Of a stretch of DNA of 52,754 nucleotides, positions 10,467 through 22,452 are shown piece after piece. Both the position numbers and the translations under genes were made by a program. This stretch comes from a virus (taxonomy: Duplodnaviria; Caudoviricetes), in the IMG/VR virus record IMGVR_UViG_3300020450_000032, positions 1-52,754 of that record. The stretch is one strand, 5' to 3'. Below the pieces are notes generated by a model. That model had not been told where the DNA came from. It saw only the letters and a list, made by a program, of their open reading frames with translations, and searched no databases. Position 1 is the stretch's first letter; each line of letters starts with the position of its first letter.

Positions 10467-13400
10467 CTAGAAATTATAAATAAACCCTACTTTTAAGAGC
10501 AAATGCTCAGTACCAGCAGCACCACTGGTTAGGGAAATAAAGTTATCAGATTCTAAATCATCTTTAGATTCTGCTAATTTTATAGTATTATCATCAATTT
10601 TCTCTACATGATATTGAGTTGCATCAGTTAAACCACCAATTGCTGTACCACCATCACTTGTATATGAAATAACATCACCTTGCACAAAACCATGATTTGC
10701 AATAGTTATAGTGTTATCTGTTGTATTTACAACTGAACCGCTTGTAGCATCAAATATATGTGTTGCTACAGTTTGATATTCATTAATTAAATCATCATCA
10801 TCTACTGCATGAGAATTTATAGTAGATGATGTAGTTATAGGAAATGCAGTATCATTTAATTTAACATACAATAACCTATTTGTTTGATCCCATCTCACTA
10901 AACTAGCAGTTCTAGTAGTATCATAAGTTATAGTAGTACTATCAATAGTTTCAATACTACCATCACCATTTGTACCACCTGCAGTTGATGATAAAAATGT
11001 TTCACCAGCTGCAGTAGCATTTAATTTAACAATTTGATCAAATGTAATATCATGTCCAATTACAACACCTTGCAACTCATCAACTGTACTAGAGGTTCTT
11101 GGAACAAACTGAGTATATTTACAATTAATTTTTCTTATACCAAAGTTTGTTGTAGCTGGTAGAATTAATGTAAATTCATTATTATCACTATCAGGAGATG
11201 GTGGAAGATCATCTGAAATATTATTCAGTGTCAATCTAGTTATAGGAGTTGTATATAAAACTTTACCAGTTAGTGGATATGGAGAATTTGACGATCCAAA
11301 TCCATTAACTGTTGTTGTTAAAGTTCTTCTAGCACGTAAAGATTCTCTTATTCTTGCCTTTTTAATAAGATCTGCTTTAAACCAATCAGTTCCGTTAGGT
11401 TCTGCATTTATACTTTTAGCACCTAATACTTCACCTGCAGAATCATCTACAGATAATGTAGTAGAACTAGTAACATTATTAATAATTCTTGGTTCTACTT
11501 CGTTTGATTGAATAATAACGTCATCTGATTCAACAATAGCATCAATATCAATACTGTCAAAATCATTTGGAGAACCAACAAATATATATCCTTCAAAATC
11601 AGATCCTGCTCTTGGTGTAGAAGTAAATTCAACTACACTACCAAGTAAATTAAATGCTGTAATTAAATCAGGATATGCCTGAGGTCTTCCAAACTGTTTA
11701 GAAGATGGTATCTGTAATACTCCATCAATAAACAATAATAAATTAGCACTTATATTTGTTTCTGGTTTTGCTTTATGAATTAAACTGAATATTTCTCCAT
11801 TAGAACTTCTTAAATCAAATACTGTATCAATTCCATTAAAGAATGGTGACATATCTTGAATAGCTTCTAATTCACCAACATAGAAAGAATTAAATGATAC
11901 TCCGTCCTCTGGTGCTTCAGTAAATTCAATTACAGTATATTCATCTCCACTGCTAGGATTACTTGGTGTAGGATCTATACTTTGGAGTGTATATGATGGA
12001 CCTCTTTTTTGAAGTATACCATTAATAATTATAAACAAATCAACACCAGTATTAATATTTACTCTTTCACCATCTTTCTTTAACTCAAATATTTTCTTAT
12101 CTCCATCAAATCCACGATAAAAATTAGATACCGTAAGATTTCTTGGAATTATTTTCTCAACAGTAGTATTATTAGCAAATACTCTATCATTACTGCTAGT
12201 TAATTGTGCTCTAGTTACAGTTAGATCATTTGTTGATACATTAGTAACTTTAACTACCTCATAGTTATCAAGAACCAAATAATCATTAGTAGTAATTCCA
12301 GTTGCATCTGCTACTGTAAATACAGTTTCATTAGTCAATACTCCAAATGGTTCATTTAATAAAGTATTAGTAGTTGTTTCTATAGCAGATACAACACCAC
12401 TCTCTAAAATATCACTTGAAGCAAAAGCGAGATCTCTATTAGCATTAGTTGTTTCTAATTCTTCTAACCATAATTCAAAATGATTAATTCTTATACCACT
12501 AAGATCTAAAACTTCAATAGTTAAATTGCCACCACTAATATTGGTAAATGTTACTTGTAAATAAGTTCCAGAGTTTGGATCATTATCTATTGCAGTTATT
12601 TCTAATTCATCATCATCAGGACTTGTTAATCCTATGGAAGCATTATATTTAACTCTATCACCTACATTTATTCCTATTATATCTGCTAAAGTTAAATTAA
12701 ATGTAGCATTATTAGCAACAACAGTTGAAACTAATCCTGTATTTACTATTTTACGATTAGCTTCTCTAACTACCCTAGCAATTCTTCCAGAAGATGTAGA
12801 TGTCACAACATAGTCACCAACAACAAAATCTATAGGATCTTGCTTGACCATAACAACGTTTTTACTAACATCATCAAATTGATAATTTTTTGGATCTGGA
12901 GGAGTAATAGATTGACCATTAATAATTGTTTGATCACCTATACCCCTTCTTCTATAAAGTATACCAACAAATTGTCTACCAACTGTATTATCAGAACCTA
13001 CAAATCGTTGTGGTGCCTCAAAGAAGTTAATTTTCCTAACACCACTTGTTATTGTTTTATATGCAATATCTGGTGTTTGAACTACGCCTGCAATATCAAC
13101 TAGATACTCTTTTGAATTAATTACAGTTCCAGTTGGAATAACAAGTTGCCCATCTTCAATTTTATATGAATATTGGTTGTTAATAATTCCATGTGTAGAT
13201 GTTTCTAGAGATACACCTAAAGGATCAATCATAACAACTAAACTTTCATAAGAGAATCCATAATCAAATACTATATCTTTACTTGCATCTACCTCATAAT
13301 CATCAGTTGACTGTAATACACCATCAACCCAAATAAAGTAACTTTCTTTGGAAGTTGGAAGAGATGGTTTTTGGGAAATTAATATTGCTTGACTTGCTAT

Positions 13401-16400
13401 TACAGTACCATTAGTGAACTCATTTTTTAAGAAACCGTTTAAAAACCGAACATTTATTTGAGACCCACCTTCAAGGTCTTGAGTAAATGAAATCTCTCCA
13501 TTATTACTAGATGCAACAGCAAAACTACTCTTTAACTGACAAACACCATCAATAAGAACTAACCATTTATCTTCATCAATAGATGTGTATATTGATGATG
13601 GGAAAGGATTACCATCAATGTCTACTAATTGAATAGGACTGCCTGCACTTAATGCAGTAGTTTGTGTAGTACTATGATTATGAATAACCATATCTTCATT
13701 AAACTGTCTATAAGTCAATGTTTCATTTGCAGGCATCAATTCGCCATTATCCTTAACAGATTCAGTAAAATCAAGAGTTTTATCTGAGTCAGTTATAATC
13801 CATGATGTTCCATATGTTTGAACAATGTTATCAAGGATAATAACCATTTGATCTACATTATATCCTTCAATATAATTGATATCACCAGTTACTGCATCAG
13901 TAGGATTAGTTGGATTTACTGCTTTAAGTTCAAATGCAGTTTTTACACCATCAAACTGATCTGATATATCATCAAATACAGCAACAACAGATGTCTTTAT
14001 ATCTTTAACGTCAGTAAGTAATTTATTAAGAATATTAACCTCATCAAATCCTTTATTTCTACTAACAAAGTAATTATATTTTTGATTCATTCTAACGATG
14101 CTATTAACATCAGTAGATACTTTTAAAGTTGTTGAAGCACTAATAGTTTCTTTACTACTATTTTTTATTTCAGTGTTTGCAAATATTCTATATCCTGCAG
14201 GATGTGCTGCTCTTTGATATCCTTCTTTCCATGTGAGGAAAGGTGTTTGAGAAGATATTTCATATGCAAATTTTTGATATCTTAAACTATCCTGTATTTT
14301 ATAAACACCAAATCCAAGATGTGATTTAGTATCTAAGAATTGTTTTGGTGTTTCTACTACAGAATCTAAAATTACTTCAGTAGTAGCAGCATATGCTTCG
14401 TCTACAAAACCATATGCACCTGAGTTCACACCAACCAATACATTTCCTACCTCAACTTCTTTATTAGAATTTTCCAATCTAACTATAGAACTATTAGGTT
14501 GCCATCCTTGATTTGTAGCAATAAATCCAAAATATTGATCTGTTATATTAGTTGGTGATTGTCCTATTATAACTTTCTCGTTAGTAATAAATGTAGATTT
14601 TTTAATAGAGACAACTGCAGTTGCTTTTCTTTCTAATAATATTACTTGATAGTATAGAACACTTTGACCTGCAGGCATTACAATTGCTTTATCAAATGCA
14701 CCACCACTACTAACAGCATTACTGCTTGTAGGATCAACATAATCTGTTCCATTACTTGTATATCTGTTTTTCATAGTGATAGTATCAATAAATGCAAAGA
14801 AAATACCACTTTCTACAAATTTAATTTGTTGGTCTACTGTATCTTGATAATATGCTCTTATTCTATAAGAATCATCATCTCTAAAATATTCTTTAAAATT
14901 AAATTTAAATTGTAAATCACCACTTGTATTAAGTGTTGCAAAATAATATTTCTCAATATCTAATGTAGGTGCAGAGGAATATCTAATACCCTCAAATGTA
15001 ATATCTAAATCTAATAATTGACCATTTACTACTGTTGGAGATAATCTAACATGACTAGGATCTCCAACAGGTAATCCACCACCACTAACAACAACTCTTG
15101 GTGTAAATACGTATCCTTCACCTGGATCTGTAACAGTTACATCAGTAACTACAAAGTTTTGAGATATTTTTGATATTTGTGGAAATCTTAATTTAGGTTT
15201 ATTATCTGATGCAGGATTATATCCATAACCAGAACTAATTGCTTGAACTGTTTGAATAGTACCTACACTATCAGATTTTGGTTCTAATATAGCATTTACA
15301 CCTGTATCACTAGTTACACCACTAATACCTGGCAATATATCATAATCAAATCCACCAGATGTCATAGTAGCAACCTCTATAGGTCCTGATGCATTAGGAG
15401 ATATTGTTGTATATCTAAAAGTATTACCATTATATCCACTAAGAAATGCACTAGGATCTTCTGGAGTGTATATTTCAAAATCAGATGTACTTGAATTAAC
15501 TACCTTATATTCACCATTGACTGGTTCTGGAAGAGTAGATACATGTACATCAATAATGTTTGGATCTGTTAAATTAGTAAATCTTAAAACATATTCTGTT
15601 AAATCGGAAGAATCTGGACGTATTGTAAATGATAATAATTCATTAGTTTGGGGATTTATTTCTTTACTAACATTAACATCAAAATATTCTTTTTGTTTAC
15701 CACTTGCACCAGGCGTGAAGAAAGATATTAAATATGAATCACTATTATTATTTTTAGTGTATTTGTAAGTTGATCCTTCATAAAGTGTCTTAAAGTAATT
15801 TCCATTTGTTAAAGTAAAATTACCTGCACTAAATGTAGTACCAGATAGAGTTAAATTGATATTTTCTACTTGTGCAGTTGCTGCTTTAATAGTTACATTA
15901 TCACTTATTGTTAATCCATTATTTTGAGCATTAATTTTAGTTAATATTCTATTTTCTTCATATTTTCCAACTTTAGCAAAAACTCTACCCAATCTACTTA
16001 CTGTAGTTCTAGGATAATGTTGCCCAACAGTAGTTTCAAAGGTTCCTCTCTCTACAATCAATAAATGTTTATATGTAGAAGTTTGTATATTAATATTTTC
16101 ACTAACAACTGCAGTTGGGTCGTATGTTGTAACACCTGCAACTATTTCTGCTATTGGACTAGCATCAAATGTTCCTTGATCAAATACTAAATCTTGTATA
16201 TTACTATCACCATCTAAATCTACAACAGCAGCATTAGGATTAGGTGCTCCACCTGTTAAACTTTGCAATATCTGATTAAAATATAGGTAATATTGTGTAC
16301 CAGATTGAGTACCAGTTCCATCTACAATTCTAGTTCTTACGAAATTTTCTTCTTTAGTAATTTGTATATCAACAATAGTAGCATTTTCACTATTAATTTG

Positions 16401-19400
16401 TATAACATCTCCAACAATAAAAGGAGAACTATCAAACACCTCAATAGCATCAATTAATGTTATTGCAGAATTTGTTGTATGTGATGCAGCTAATGTTCCT
16501 GATTGTCCTCTATTAACAAATATATGCCCAGTACCTAATTTAACTACTTTCATATACTCATCATCAATTTTAATATATTTTACTTGTGAGTTTGAATATA
16601 AATCTGATATAGTTCCATTATTAAAACTTCCTACAGAAAAATAAGTATCAACACTACTAATATTTTGTGTTAACAATGCTGTAACTACATTAGCACCAAC
16701 AGATATGCCATTTATATCATCACCTGATAATTCACTTACTTTACTATTATCTACTGCTAAAGATGTATCAAATATTTCATCATTAATTGTTGGTGTACCA
16801 GTTACATTACTCAAATACATTCTTCTAGTAAGTTGATCAATACTGTGTACAGTTGCTTGGAATCCAGAACCATTTTTTATAGTAATGCCAGATACAAAAT
16901 GTTGTGCTTCATCGTAATATTCAAGATAATCATATTGTGTAGCAGTAACACTAGATACTAATTTACCAGATAATACACTAACAAATCCACCAGCTCCAAA
17001 CCCAGATGTACCACTATTATCAAACTTAACAACATCACCAATTTTATATCCATCACCACCACTTACAATATCAATAGAATCAAGAGATGCAAGTGCTGAT
17101 GTAGGAACTGATTTTATACTAAAAGCACCTCTATCAATAGATTTTGATACTGAGGTAGAATCAGCAGTAACATATCTCTTAACGCCAGTTATAGCATCAA
17201 TATTAACAACTTCTAAATCATTAAAGTCCTGATATGTTACTCCTGCAAATTTAGGACCGACAAAGAAAGGAAATCCACTTTCTATAATATTATTGATAGA
17301 TAAATCAAATGTCATAAAATATGCATATACACCATCAGGATATTCTGGTGTAACACAAAATCTACCATTCTGTTCATCTAAATCAGAACCTGCAGCAGAC
17401 CAAACATAATCTTCTGCAAAAGAACCATAACCATAGATACCAAGACCATCGTAAGTTGCACTATTATTTCTAATAGCATTATTATTACTAGAATGTTCTG
17501 TTGCTGTTAATGTATTATAACCACTCTCCATTTTTTTAATTTGAGTGTTATCTGCTTTAAGTGCATTTCTATATCCATAAGGACCATATATTGGAGCACC
17601 ATCTAACGCCCAACCTATAATTGGTGAATGTACTGTGGGATCATTAAAATTAATAGAAGTTACAACACCATCTATTTTTAATTGTAGATTTCTTGGAGGT
17701 CCTAATGCTGTTAATGTTTTAGCAATTTTAGTTTCACCATCTTCCTGTATTACTCTATCTCCTGTTAAAAACAACCCTGAGTCATTATCATAAAATTCAA
17801 TTTGATTTTGATCAAAATTATTAATTAAATTCCATTTAGTTGCATTTGGAAGTAATATATCTCCAGAACCTGGTTCTGCAATACTTAATGTAACTCCTAG
17901 ATCTGAATAGTTTATACCACTGTTTATAACCTTTAACTCAGTAATTGAACCAGCAGATAATTTAGGAACAATAACACCACCACTTCCAGTTTGTGCATTA
18001 TCTTTAATTGTTATGATTGGTGGACTATTATAGTTGTTACCACCATTAATAACTGTTGCATCTATAATTCTACCATTAGATATTGTCACAAAACCAGTAG
18101 CACTAGTTCCTTTTATAAGTTCATAAGTAGGATCTTGTTTATATCTTCTACCTGGTTCTGTAACATTGACTTTAGTAATAGCACCTGTCACAAAGGCAGA
18201 TAATATAGCATTTTCAGTAACACCAGCTTGTTCACCAAGAACTGGAGTAACTCTTACTGTAGGTTGTTTGGTATAACCCTTTCCAGCATCTATAATTCTT
18301 ATTTTTGTAATTGCACCAGCAACAACAATTGGTTGTACTATAGCTGGTGAAAAATCATTACCTGTAAACTCAGTATCAGTAGGATCTTTAACAACGTCAA
18401 TAACAATATTTTTAGGATAACCTAAACCACGTTTTTCAATAAAGATTTCTTTTAATGATCCATTTACTATTAATTCTGCTTCGGCACGTATTCCTTCAAA
18501 ACCAGTTGCTCCAGAAGTTGGTGCTAATGTAAGGTCTTCTCCTATATCTCCTCTTGGTACATCAATACGAATTGCTGGTGGATTATTAACATTAAAATGA
18601 TCTCCACCAGATTCTATATCAATACTTTCTATTTTACCTCTAGTAAATGTTATAGCACTTTTCCAACTAAGTATGGCAGTTCCATCTCTTAAAAATCCTA
18701 CTGGTTCATTTATTGGTATATTTTGTTTACTTCCCTCTGGACTACGTTGAAATGTTCTAGGAAACTGTCTGATATATTTTCCATCTTCTAAAAGGACATT
18801 AGGTGGTATAGAAAATGTTTCATAGAAAGGAATACTAGAAGTATATACATATGCAGAAAGATCGTTATACCATACAGTATTAACTCCAGATAAGAATCCA
18901 TTTCTAGTAGTACAAGGTATAAGATCATTAAAATACCAACTATTGATAATTTTATCATTTACCTCTATAATATCCTTTACTTGACCAATATCTCCAACTT
19001 GATATGATGTAAGTGTAGAATCTATTGAAAATCCAGAAACACCTGCATATATTACAAAAAATATGTCAGGTCTGGTTTTTACAGTAGTTAAAGAGTCAAA
19101 ATCGTAAATTACTTGACCAATCTTATATTTTGTACTATTAAAGTCCTTTACTTTGAAATAATTCAAAGTTTTTTCTGTATATTCAACTAATTGCTGTCCA
19201 ATACGCAAAAACCCCTTTGTAGGGAATTCATACGTAGAATCTACAAATAATTTGTCATCAATTAACGTAGAAGTGATTTTTGTGAATCTTGTCGGATTTA
19301 AAAGAGATCCATTTGATAATTCTACCTCATATACCTGACTAGAGGTAGAAAAGGTGTTTTCTACAGTTTGAACTGGAAATTCATTGCTTCCTTGTATTAA

Positions 19401-20189
19401 ACAATCACCATCAAGTGATCTTGTGTCATAATCGTCTAATGATTCAATTCTAACTATCTCTTTACTCTGATAAGTTGCATTTGAGGCATCTATTAGAGAT
19501 TCATTGTAATTTTTAAGTTCTGGTTTCTCTTGAAAGAGAAATTTGAAATAATAGTCAATACCTTGAGGTGTTCCTTTAGCAAGATAGAAATCTTTTGCTT
19601 TTTTTAGAAGAAAATCAACATTTACAAGATCTAAATTATCAAGTAAGACATTTTTGGGAAAATCAATTAAATATTGCTCTCTAATTTGTTCTAAGAAATA
19701 TAAAACGTAATTATAGGATTGATTAAGAACAATTGAAGCATCTGAGTGAGATTCAGCGACTGTTACGTTATTTGCCTTAAATCCATTCTCAACAGATAAG
19801 GTATTGTAAGTCCATCCTCTACTACACTCATTAAAAACGGTTTTATCTACACCACCGTCGGTTATACTCTGTTTTCTCTTGTAAAATATGACCTCAGAAT
19901 CAATTTTAAGGAGTCCGTTGTTTAATGGGAAGTCAACATGTCCTAATACTGTAATAGACGTGTCTGAGGCGGTTATAGCACCGTCTAGAGTTGTTTGTGC
20001 GTCTGCTGCAGTATATGTATCAATATCAATGAGATCTGTGATGCCATTTAATATATCAAGAGCATTTCCATTAGTTTCTAAGAACCTATAATAGTCCTTA
20101 AAGAAATTAATGAAATTTGGATACTCATTGGACAGGTAACTTGGAACCTGTTGCTCAATAGCATTCGATACTTGCAAAGAATTGAACAT
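10467..20189 (-). CDS. gp7: Baseplate wedge initiator gp7 (giant cyanophage form with YHYH-like domain and beta-rich repeats)
   Basis: QVP...EYP-FI-F-KDYY-FLE start, KDFYLAKGT and IQDS-RYQ-F-YEI...HPAG motifs; lies between gp6 and gp8. Confidence 0.85.
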   Translation of the reverse strand: MFNSLQVSNAIEQQVPSYLSNEYPNFINFFKDYYRFLETNGNALDILNGITDLIDIDTYTAADAQTTLDGAITASDTSITVLGHVDFPLNNGLLKIDSEVIFYKRKQSITDGGVDKTVFNECSRGWTYNTLSVENGFKANNVTVAESHSDASIVLNQSYNYVLYFLEQIREQYLIDFPKNVLLDNLDLVNVDFLLKKAKDFYLAKGTPQGIDYYFKFLFQEKPELKNYNESLIDASNATYQSKEIVRIESLDDYDTRSLDGDCLIQGSNEFPVQTVENTFSTSSQVYEVELSNGSLLNPTRFTKITSTLIDDKLFVDSTYEFPTKGFLRIGQQLVEYTEKTLNYFKVKDFNSTKYKIGQVIYDFDSLTTVKTRPDIFFVIYAGVSGFSIDSTLTSYQVGDIGQVKDIIEVNDKIINSWYFNDLIPCTTRNGFLSGVNTVWYNDLSAYVYTSSIPFYETFSIPPNVLLEDGKYIRQFPRTFQRSPEGSKQNIPINEPVGFLRDGTAILSWKSAITFTRGKIESIDIESGGDHFNVNNPPAIRIDVPRGDIGEDLTLAPTSGATGFEGIRAEAELIVNGSLKEIFIEKRGLGYPKNIVIDVVKDPTDTEFTGNDFSPAIVQPIVVAGAITKIRIIDAGKGYTKQPTVRVTPVLGEQAGVTENAILSAFVTGAITKVNVTEPGRRYKQDPTYELIKGTSATGFVTISNGRIIDATVINGGNNYNSPPIITIKDNAQTGSGGVIVPKLSAGSITELKVINSGINYSDLGVTLSIAEPGSGDILLPNATKWNLINNFDQNQIEFYDNDSGLFLTGDRVIQEDGETKIAKTLTALGPPRNLQLKIDGVVTSINFNDPTVHSPIIGWALDGAPIYGPYGYRNALKADNTQIKKMESGYNTLTATEHSSNNNAIRNNSATYDGLGIYGYGSFAEDYVWSAAGSDLDEQNGRFCVTPEYPDGVYAYFMTFDLSINNIIESGFPFFVGPKFAGVTYQDFNDLEVVNIDAITGVKRYVTADSTSVSKSIDRGAFSIKSVPTSALASLDSIDIVSGGDGYKIGDVVKFDNSGTSGFGAGGFVSVLSGKLVSSVTATQYDYLEYYDEAQHFVSGITIKNGSGFQATVHSIDQLTRRMYLSNVTGTPTINDEIFDTSLAVDNSKVSELSGDDINGISVGANVVTALLTQNISSVDTYFSVGSFNNGTISDLYSNSQVKYIKIDDEYMKVVKLGTGHIFVNRGQSGTLAASHTTNSAITLIDAIEVFDSSPFIVGDVIQINSENATIVDIQITKEENFVRTRIVDGTGTQSGTQYYLYFNQILQSLTGGAPNPNAAVVDLDGDSNIQDLVFDQGTFDASPIAEIVAGVTTYDPTAVVSENINIQTSTYKHLLIVERGTFETTVGQHYPRTTVSRLGRVFAKVGKYEENRILTKINAQNNGLTISDNVTIKAATAQVENINLTLSGTTFSAGNFTLTNGNYFKTLYEGSTYKYTKNNNSDSYLISFFTPGASGKQKEYFDVNVSKEINPQTNELLSFTIRPDSSDLTEYVLRFTNLTDPNIIDVHVSTLPEPVNGEYKVVNSSTSDFEIYTPEDPSAFLSGYNGNTFRYTTISPNASGPIEVATMTSGGFDYDILPGISGVTSDTGVNAILEPKSDSVGTIQTVQAISSGYGYNPASDNKPKLRFPQISKISQNFVVTDVTVTDPGEGYVFTPRVVVSGGGLPVGDPSHVRLSPTVVNGQLLDLDITFEGIRYSSAPTLDIEKYYFATLNTSGDLQFKFNFKEYFRDDDSYRIRAYYQDTVDQQIKFVESGIFFAFIDTITMKNRYTSNGTDYVDPTSSNAVSSGGAFDKAIVMPAGQSVLYYQVILLERKATAVVSIKKSTFITNEKVIIGQSPTNITDQYFGFIATNQGWQPNSSIVRLENSNKEVEVGNVLVGVNSGAYGFVDEAYAATTEVILDSVVETPKQFLDTKSHLGFGVYKIQDSLRYQKFAYEISSQTPFLTWKEGYQRAAHPAGYRIFANTEIKNSSKETISASTTLKVSTDVNSIVRMNQKYNYFVSRNKGFDEVNILNKLLTDVKDIKTSVVAVFDDISDQFDGVKTAFELKAVNPTNPTDAVTGDINYIEGYNVDQMVIILDNIVQTYGTSWIITDSDKTLDFTESVKDNGELMPANETLTYRQFNEDMVIHNHSTTQTTALSAGSPIQLVDIDGNPFPSSIYTSIDEDKWLVLIDGVCQLKSSFAVASSNNGEISFTQDLEGGSQINVRFLNGFLKNEFTNGTVIASQAILISQKPSLPTSKESYFIWVDGVLQSTDDYEVDASKDIVFDYGFSYESLVVMIDPLGVSLETSTHGIINNQYSYKIEDGQLVIPTGTVINSKEYLVDIAGVVQTPDIAYKTITSGVRKINFFEAPQRFVGSDNTVGRQFVGILYRRRGIGDQTIINGQSITPPDPKNYQFDDVSKNVVMVKQDPIDFVVGDYVVTSTSSGRIARVVREANRKIVNTGLVSTVVANNATFNLTLADIIGINVGDRVKYNASIGLTSPDDDELEITAIDNDPNSGTYLQVTFTNISGGNLTIEVLDLSGIRINHFELWLEELETTNANRDLAFASSDILESGVVSAIETTTNTLLNEPFGVLTNETVFTVADATGITTNDYLVLDNYEVVKVTNVSTNDLTVTRAQLTSSNDRVFANNTTVEKIIPRNLTVSNFYRGFDGDKKIFELKKDGERVNINTGVDLFIIINGILQKRGPSYTLQSIDPTPSNPSSGDEYTVIEFTEAPEDGVSFNSFYVGELEAIQDMSPFFNGIDTVFDLRSSNGEIFSLIHKAKPETNISANLLLFIDGVLQIPSSKQFGRPQAYPDLITAFNLLGSVVEFTSTPRAGSDFEGYIFVGSPNDFDSIDIDAIVESDDVIIQSNEVEPRIINNVTSSTTLSVDDSAGEVLGAKSINAEPNGTDWFKADLIKKARIRESLRARRTLTTTVNGFGSSNSPYPLTGKVLYTTPITRLTLNNISDDLPPSPDSDNNEFTLILPATTNFGIRKINCKYTQFVPRTSSTVDELQGVVIGHDITFDQIVKLNATAAGETFLSSTAGGTNGDGSIETIDSTTITYDTTRTASLVRWDQTNRLLYVKLNDTAFPITTSSTINSHAVDDDDLINEYQTVATHIFDATSGSVVNTTDNTITIANHGFVQGDVISYTSDGGTAIGGLTDATQYHVEKIDDNTIKLAESKDDLESDNFISLTSGAAGTEHLLLKVGFIYNF

Positions 20190-22033
20190 TAGCTATAAAC
20201 TGGTGTTTGACCTACTCCTGATGTTCTAGATGAGGATGAAATATCATCTAAAATTGTTGTAACTGTAATATCTGCATCTGATATTGTTAAATACAGATCT
20301 CGTAAAGCAATAATGTCATTTGAGGCAGGAATCATTGATAAAGAAATGAATGGGGTTCCTCCTACAGTAGAACTTATATTAATACCATTAATATTTATTT
20401 CACCCATCATATAATCAATAGTTCCAATGTTTTGACTATAATATTTTTTCTCATTTCCCTCTACACGGTAAATTGCAATATTATTTGTTCCAAATTTTTC
20501 CAAATACCAAATATATGATTGATCTTCACCTGTTAGTTTGAATCCACTGGATATAATATCAGTATTTTGTGAAATTACGTTACCATAGCAAATTTTGTAA
20601 GATGCAAATACATTAGTAAGTGCCTCAATGTTCTTTTTCATCCTAATACGTGTAATATTAGATGTTATACCAATATCTGCATCATCAATAAGTGATACTA
20701 AATTAGAATACTTAAATTTACCGTTAAAACGTTCTAAATCTTTAGTATTACCAAAATTCTGAATAGTTGACCTTACTACGTTTGTAATATCTGGTGCTTT
20801 TCTGCGTGTGTTGTTACTATTGTAATAAACAAAGGAAGATATCTCTAAAAACAAGAAAGATGGATCTTGTATCTCAGGTATAACGCTCAAAATAGTGTAT
20901 TTCTTAATTGACTTCTGTAATTCCTTTTTAGCAGTAGTTGTAAGTGTATTTGCACCATTAGGTTTTGCCACAATATACACTTTTCCATATTGCGGAGGAC
21001 TTGCTTCTTCTCCACCGTAAACTGACAAGGATTGTAAATTAGGATACAATTCCGCAACTAAAGTTTCATAGTCCCGTACAGTTACAGCTCTTCGCTGAGA
21101 AGAATAATATCTTGGAGCTAGATATTTGATAGATGTAACATCCTCTGGATCAGCACCACCAACAGAATTGGTAGTTACGGTAATTGTAGGTTGTAAATCC
21201 GTAATTGTAGTAGAACCACTGATAATAGTACCTACAAATTCAAAAGTACTACACTCATTTCCTAATGCTTTATTAGTATTAAGGTACTCTATAGAAATTT
21301 GATCGTTATTTTGTATCTTACGTCCAAATACTCCGTCTCCAAATATAATTTCATACTGTTCACTCTTATTTTCCTGTATAAAGTATACTCTATCAGTTGC
21401 AGAGATCTCAGTAATGTCTTTTACTGCTCTATATGACAAAGGAACAGTAGTATCAAAGTGATCTACAATTACTGTGAGTAAATCTACGTCTGCATCAGCA
21501 CTTGGTATGATAAATGACTGTTTTGTAGTTGTATCTACTGTATAATTGAGTTGTAAAAGATTTCCTTGGTAAATGTCAATATCTGTAAAGGTGATACGAC
21601 GTACTCCATTACCATCAATATATGATTCTCTTGTAATATCTGATAAAACACTAAAAACAAAAGTTCCCTCTCCATTTTTACCTACAAAGGCAGTTCCTTT
21701 TTTTAAGGTAAGTGATTCTTGAGAAGGTGTTACAACAAAGTCCATTGTAATGGTTGCCTTTGCTGCTTTTGCTGACCTTGGGGTATATCCAACTAACTTA
21801 GCAAGTGATACTACATTCTCTCTTATAGAGGCACTATCAAAAAAGACCTCATTCGCCACCAGGTTGGCGTTTAAGGCACTGTAATAGGTGTTATAGGATA
21901 ATACATCCAATAACTGTGATAATACCGATCCCTCGAAGTTATAATCACTAAAAGTATCCGAAGATCTCATGAACTCCTTCAAACTTGTTTTTACCTCTTC
22001 AAAGTCGAGATTAGTTATTTGATTAAATGCCAT
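20189..22033 (-). CDS. gp6: Baseplate wedge subunit gp6
   Basis: LDFEEVK...DYNFEGS-LS-LLDVLSYNT, LGYTPRS-like, QRRAVT-RDY and PPQYGKVYI motifs. Confidence 0.95.
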   Translation of the reverse strand: MAFNQITNLDFEEVKTSLKEFMRSSDTFSDYNFEGSVLSQLLDVLSYNTYYSALNANLVANEVFFDSASIRENVVSLAKLVGYTPRSAKAAKATITMDFVVTPSQESLTLKKGTAFVGKNGEGTFVFSVLSDITRESYIDGNGVRRITFTDIDIYQGNLLQLNYTVDTTTKQSFIIPSADADVDLLTVIVDHFDTTVPLSYRAVKDITEISATDRVYFIQENKSEQYEIIFGDGVFGRKIQNNDQISIEYLNTNKALGNECSTFEFVGTIISGSTTITDLQPTITVTTNSVGGADPEDVTSIKYLAPRYYSSQRRAVTVRDYETLVAELYPNLQSLSVYGGEEASPPQYGKVYIVAKPNGANTLTTTAKKELQKSIKKYTILSVIPEIQDPSFLFLEISSFVYYNSNNTRRKAPDITNVVRSTIQNFGNTKDLERFNGKFKYSNLVSLIDDADIGITSNITRIRMKKNIEALTNVFASYKICYGNVISQNTDIISSGFKLTGEDQSYIWYLEKFGTNNIAIYRVEGNEKKYYSQNIGTIDYMMGEININGINISSTVGGTPFISLSMIPASNDIIALRDLYLTISDADITVTTILDDISSSSRTSGVGQTPVYS

Positions 22034-22425
22034 TATACTCTTTCTAGTATTAAATTAAGAGATTGTGGATCTAGTGGTATGCCTATAATCCTATAAAATA
22101 TTGTTATATCCAAAGAATTTCCATCAATATCATCAATTACGTCAACATCTAGTAATTTTATCCTTGGTTCATATGCTGTTAAGGCATCTTCTATAGCAAT
22201 TCTTATATCATCTGCTGTTGCCATGCTAAAATTCTCAAATAAAGACCCAACAACAGTGCTTCCGAAGTATGGACGAAACGCTCTATCACCCCTAGTGGTC
22301 AAAACGATGTTTTTTACTGCAAATTTGATCGCTTCAGCGTTCTTCAGCAGTGGTAAATCCGAAGTAATAGGATTTTTCTCAAAATTGGGGTTTAAATCGA
22401 CGAATTTTTTCGAGACAGTCGCCAT
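22033..22425 (-). CDS. gp25: Baseplate wedge subunit gp25
   Basis: AIK-AVKNIV-T-RG-R-F-P-FGS...YEPRI; directly upstream of gp6. Confidence 0.92.
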   Translation of the reverse strand: MATVSKKFVDLNPNFEKNPITSDLPLLKNAEAIKFAVKNIVLTTRGDRAFRPYFGSTVVGSLFENFSMATADDIRIAIEDALTAYEPRIKLLDVDVIDDIDGNSLDITIFYRIIGIPLDPQSLNLILERV

Positions 22426-22452
22426 TTTTTAGTTGACTTTACCTTTTATATA

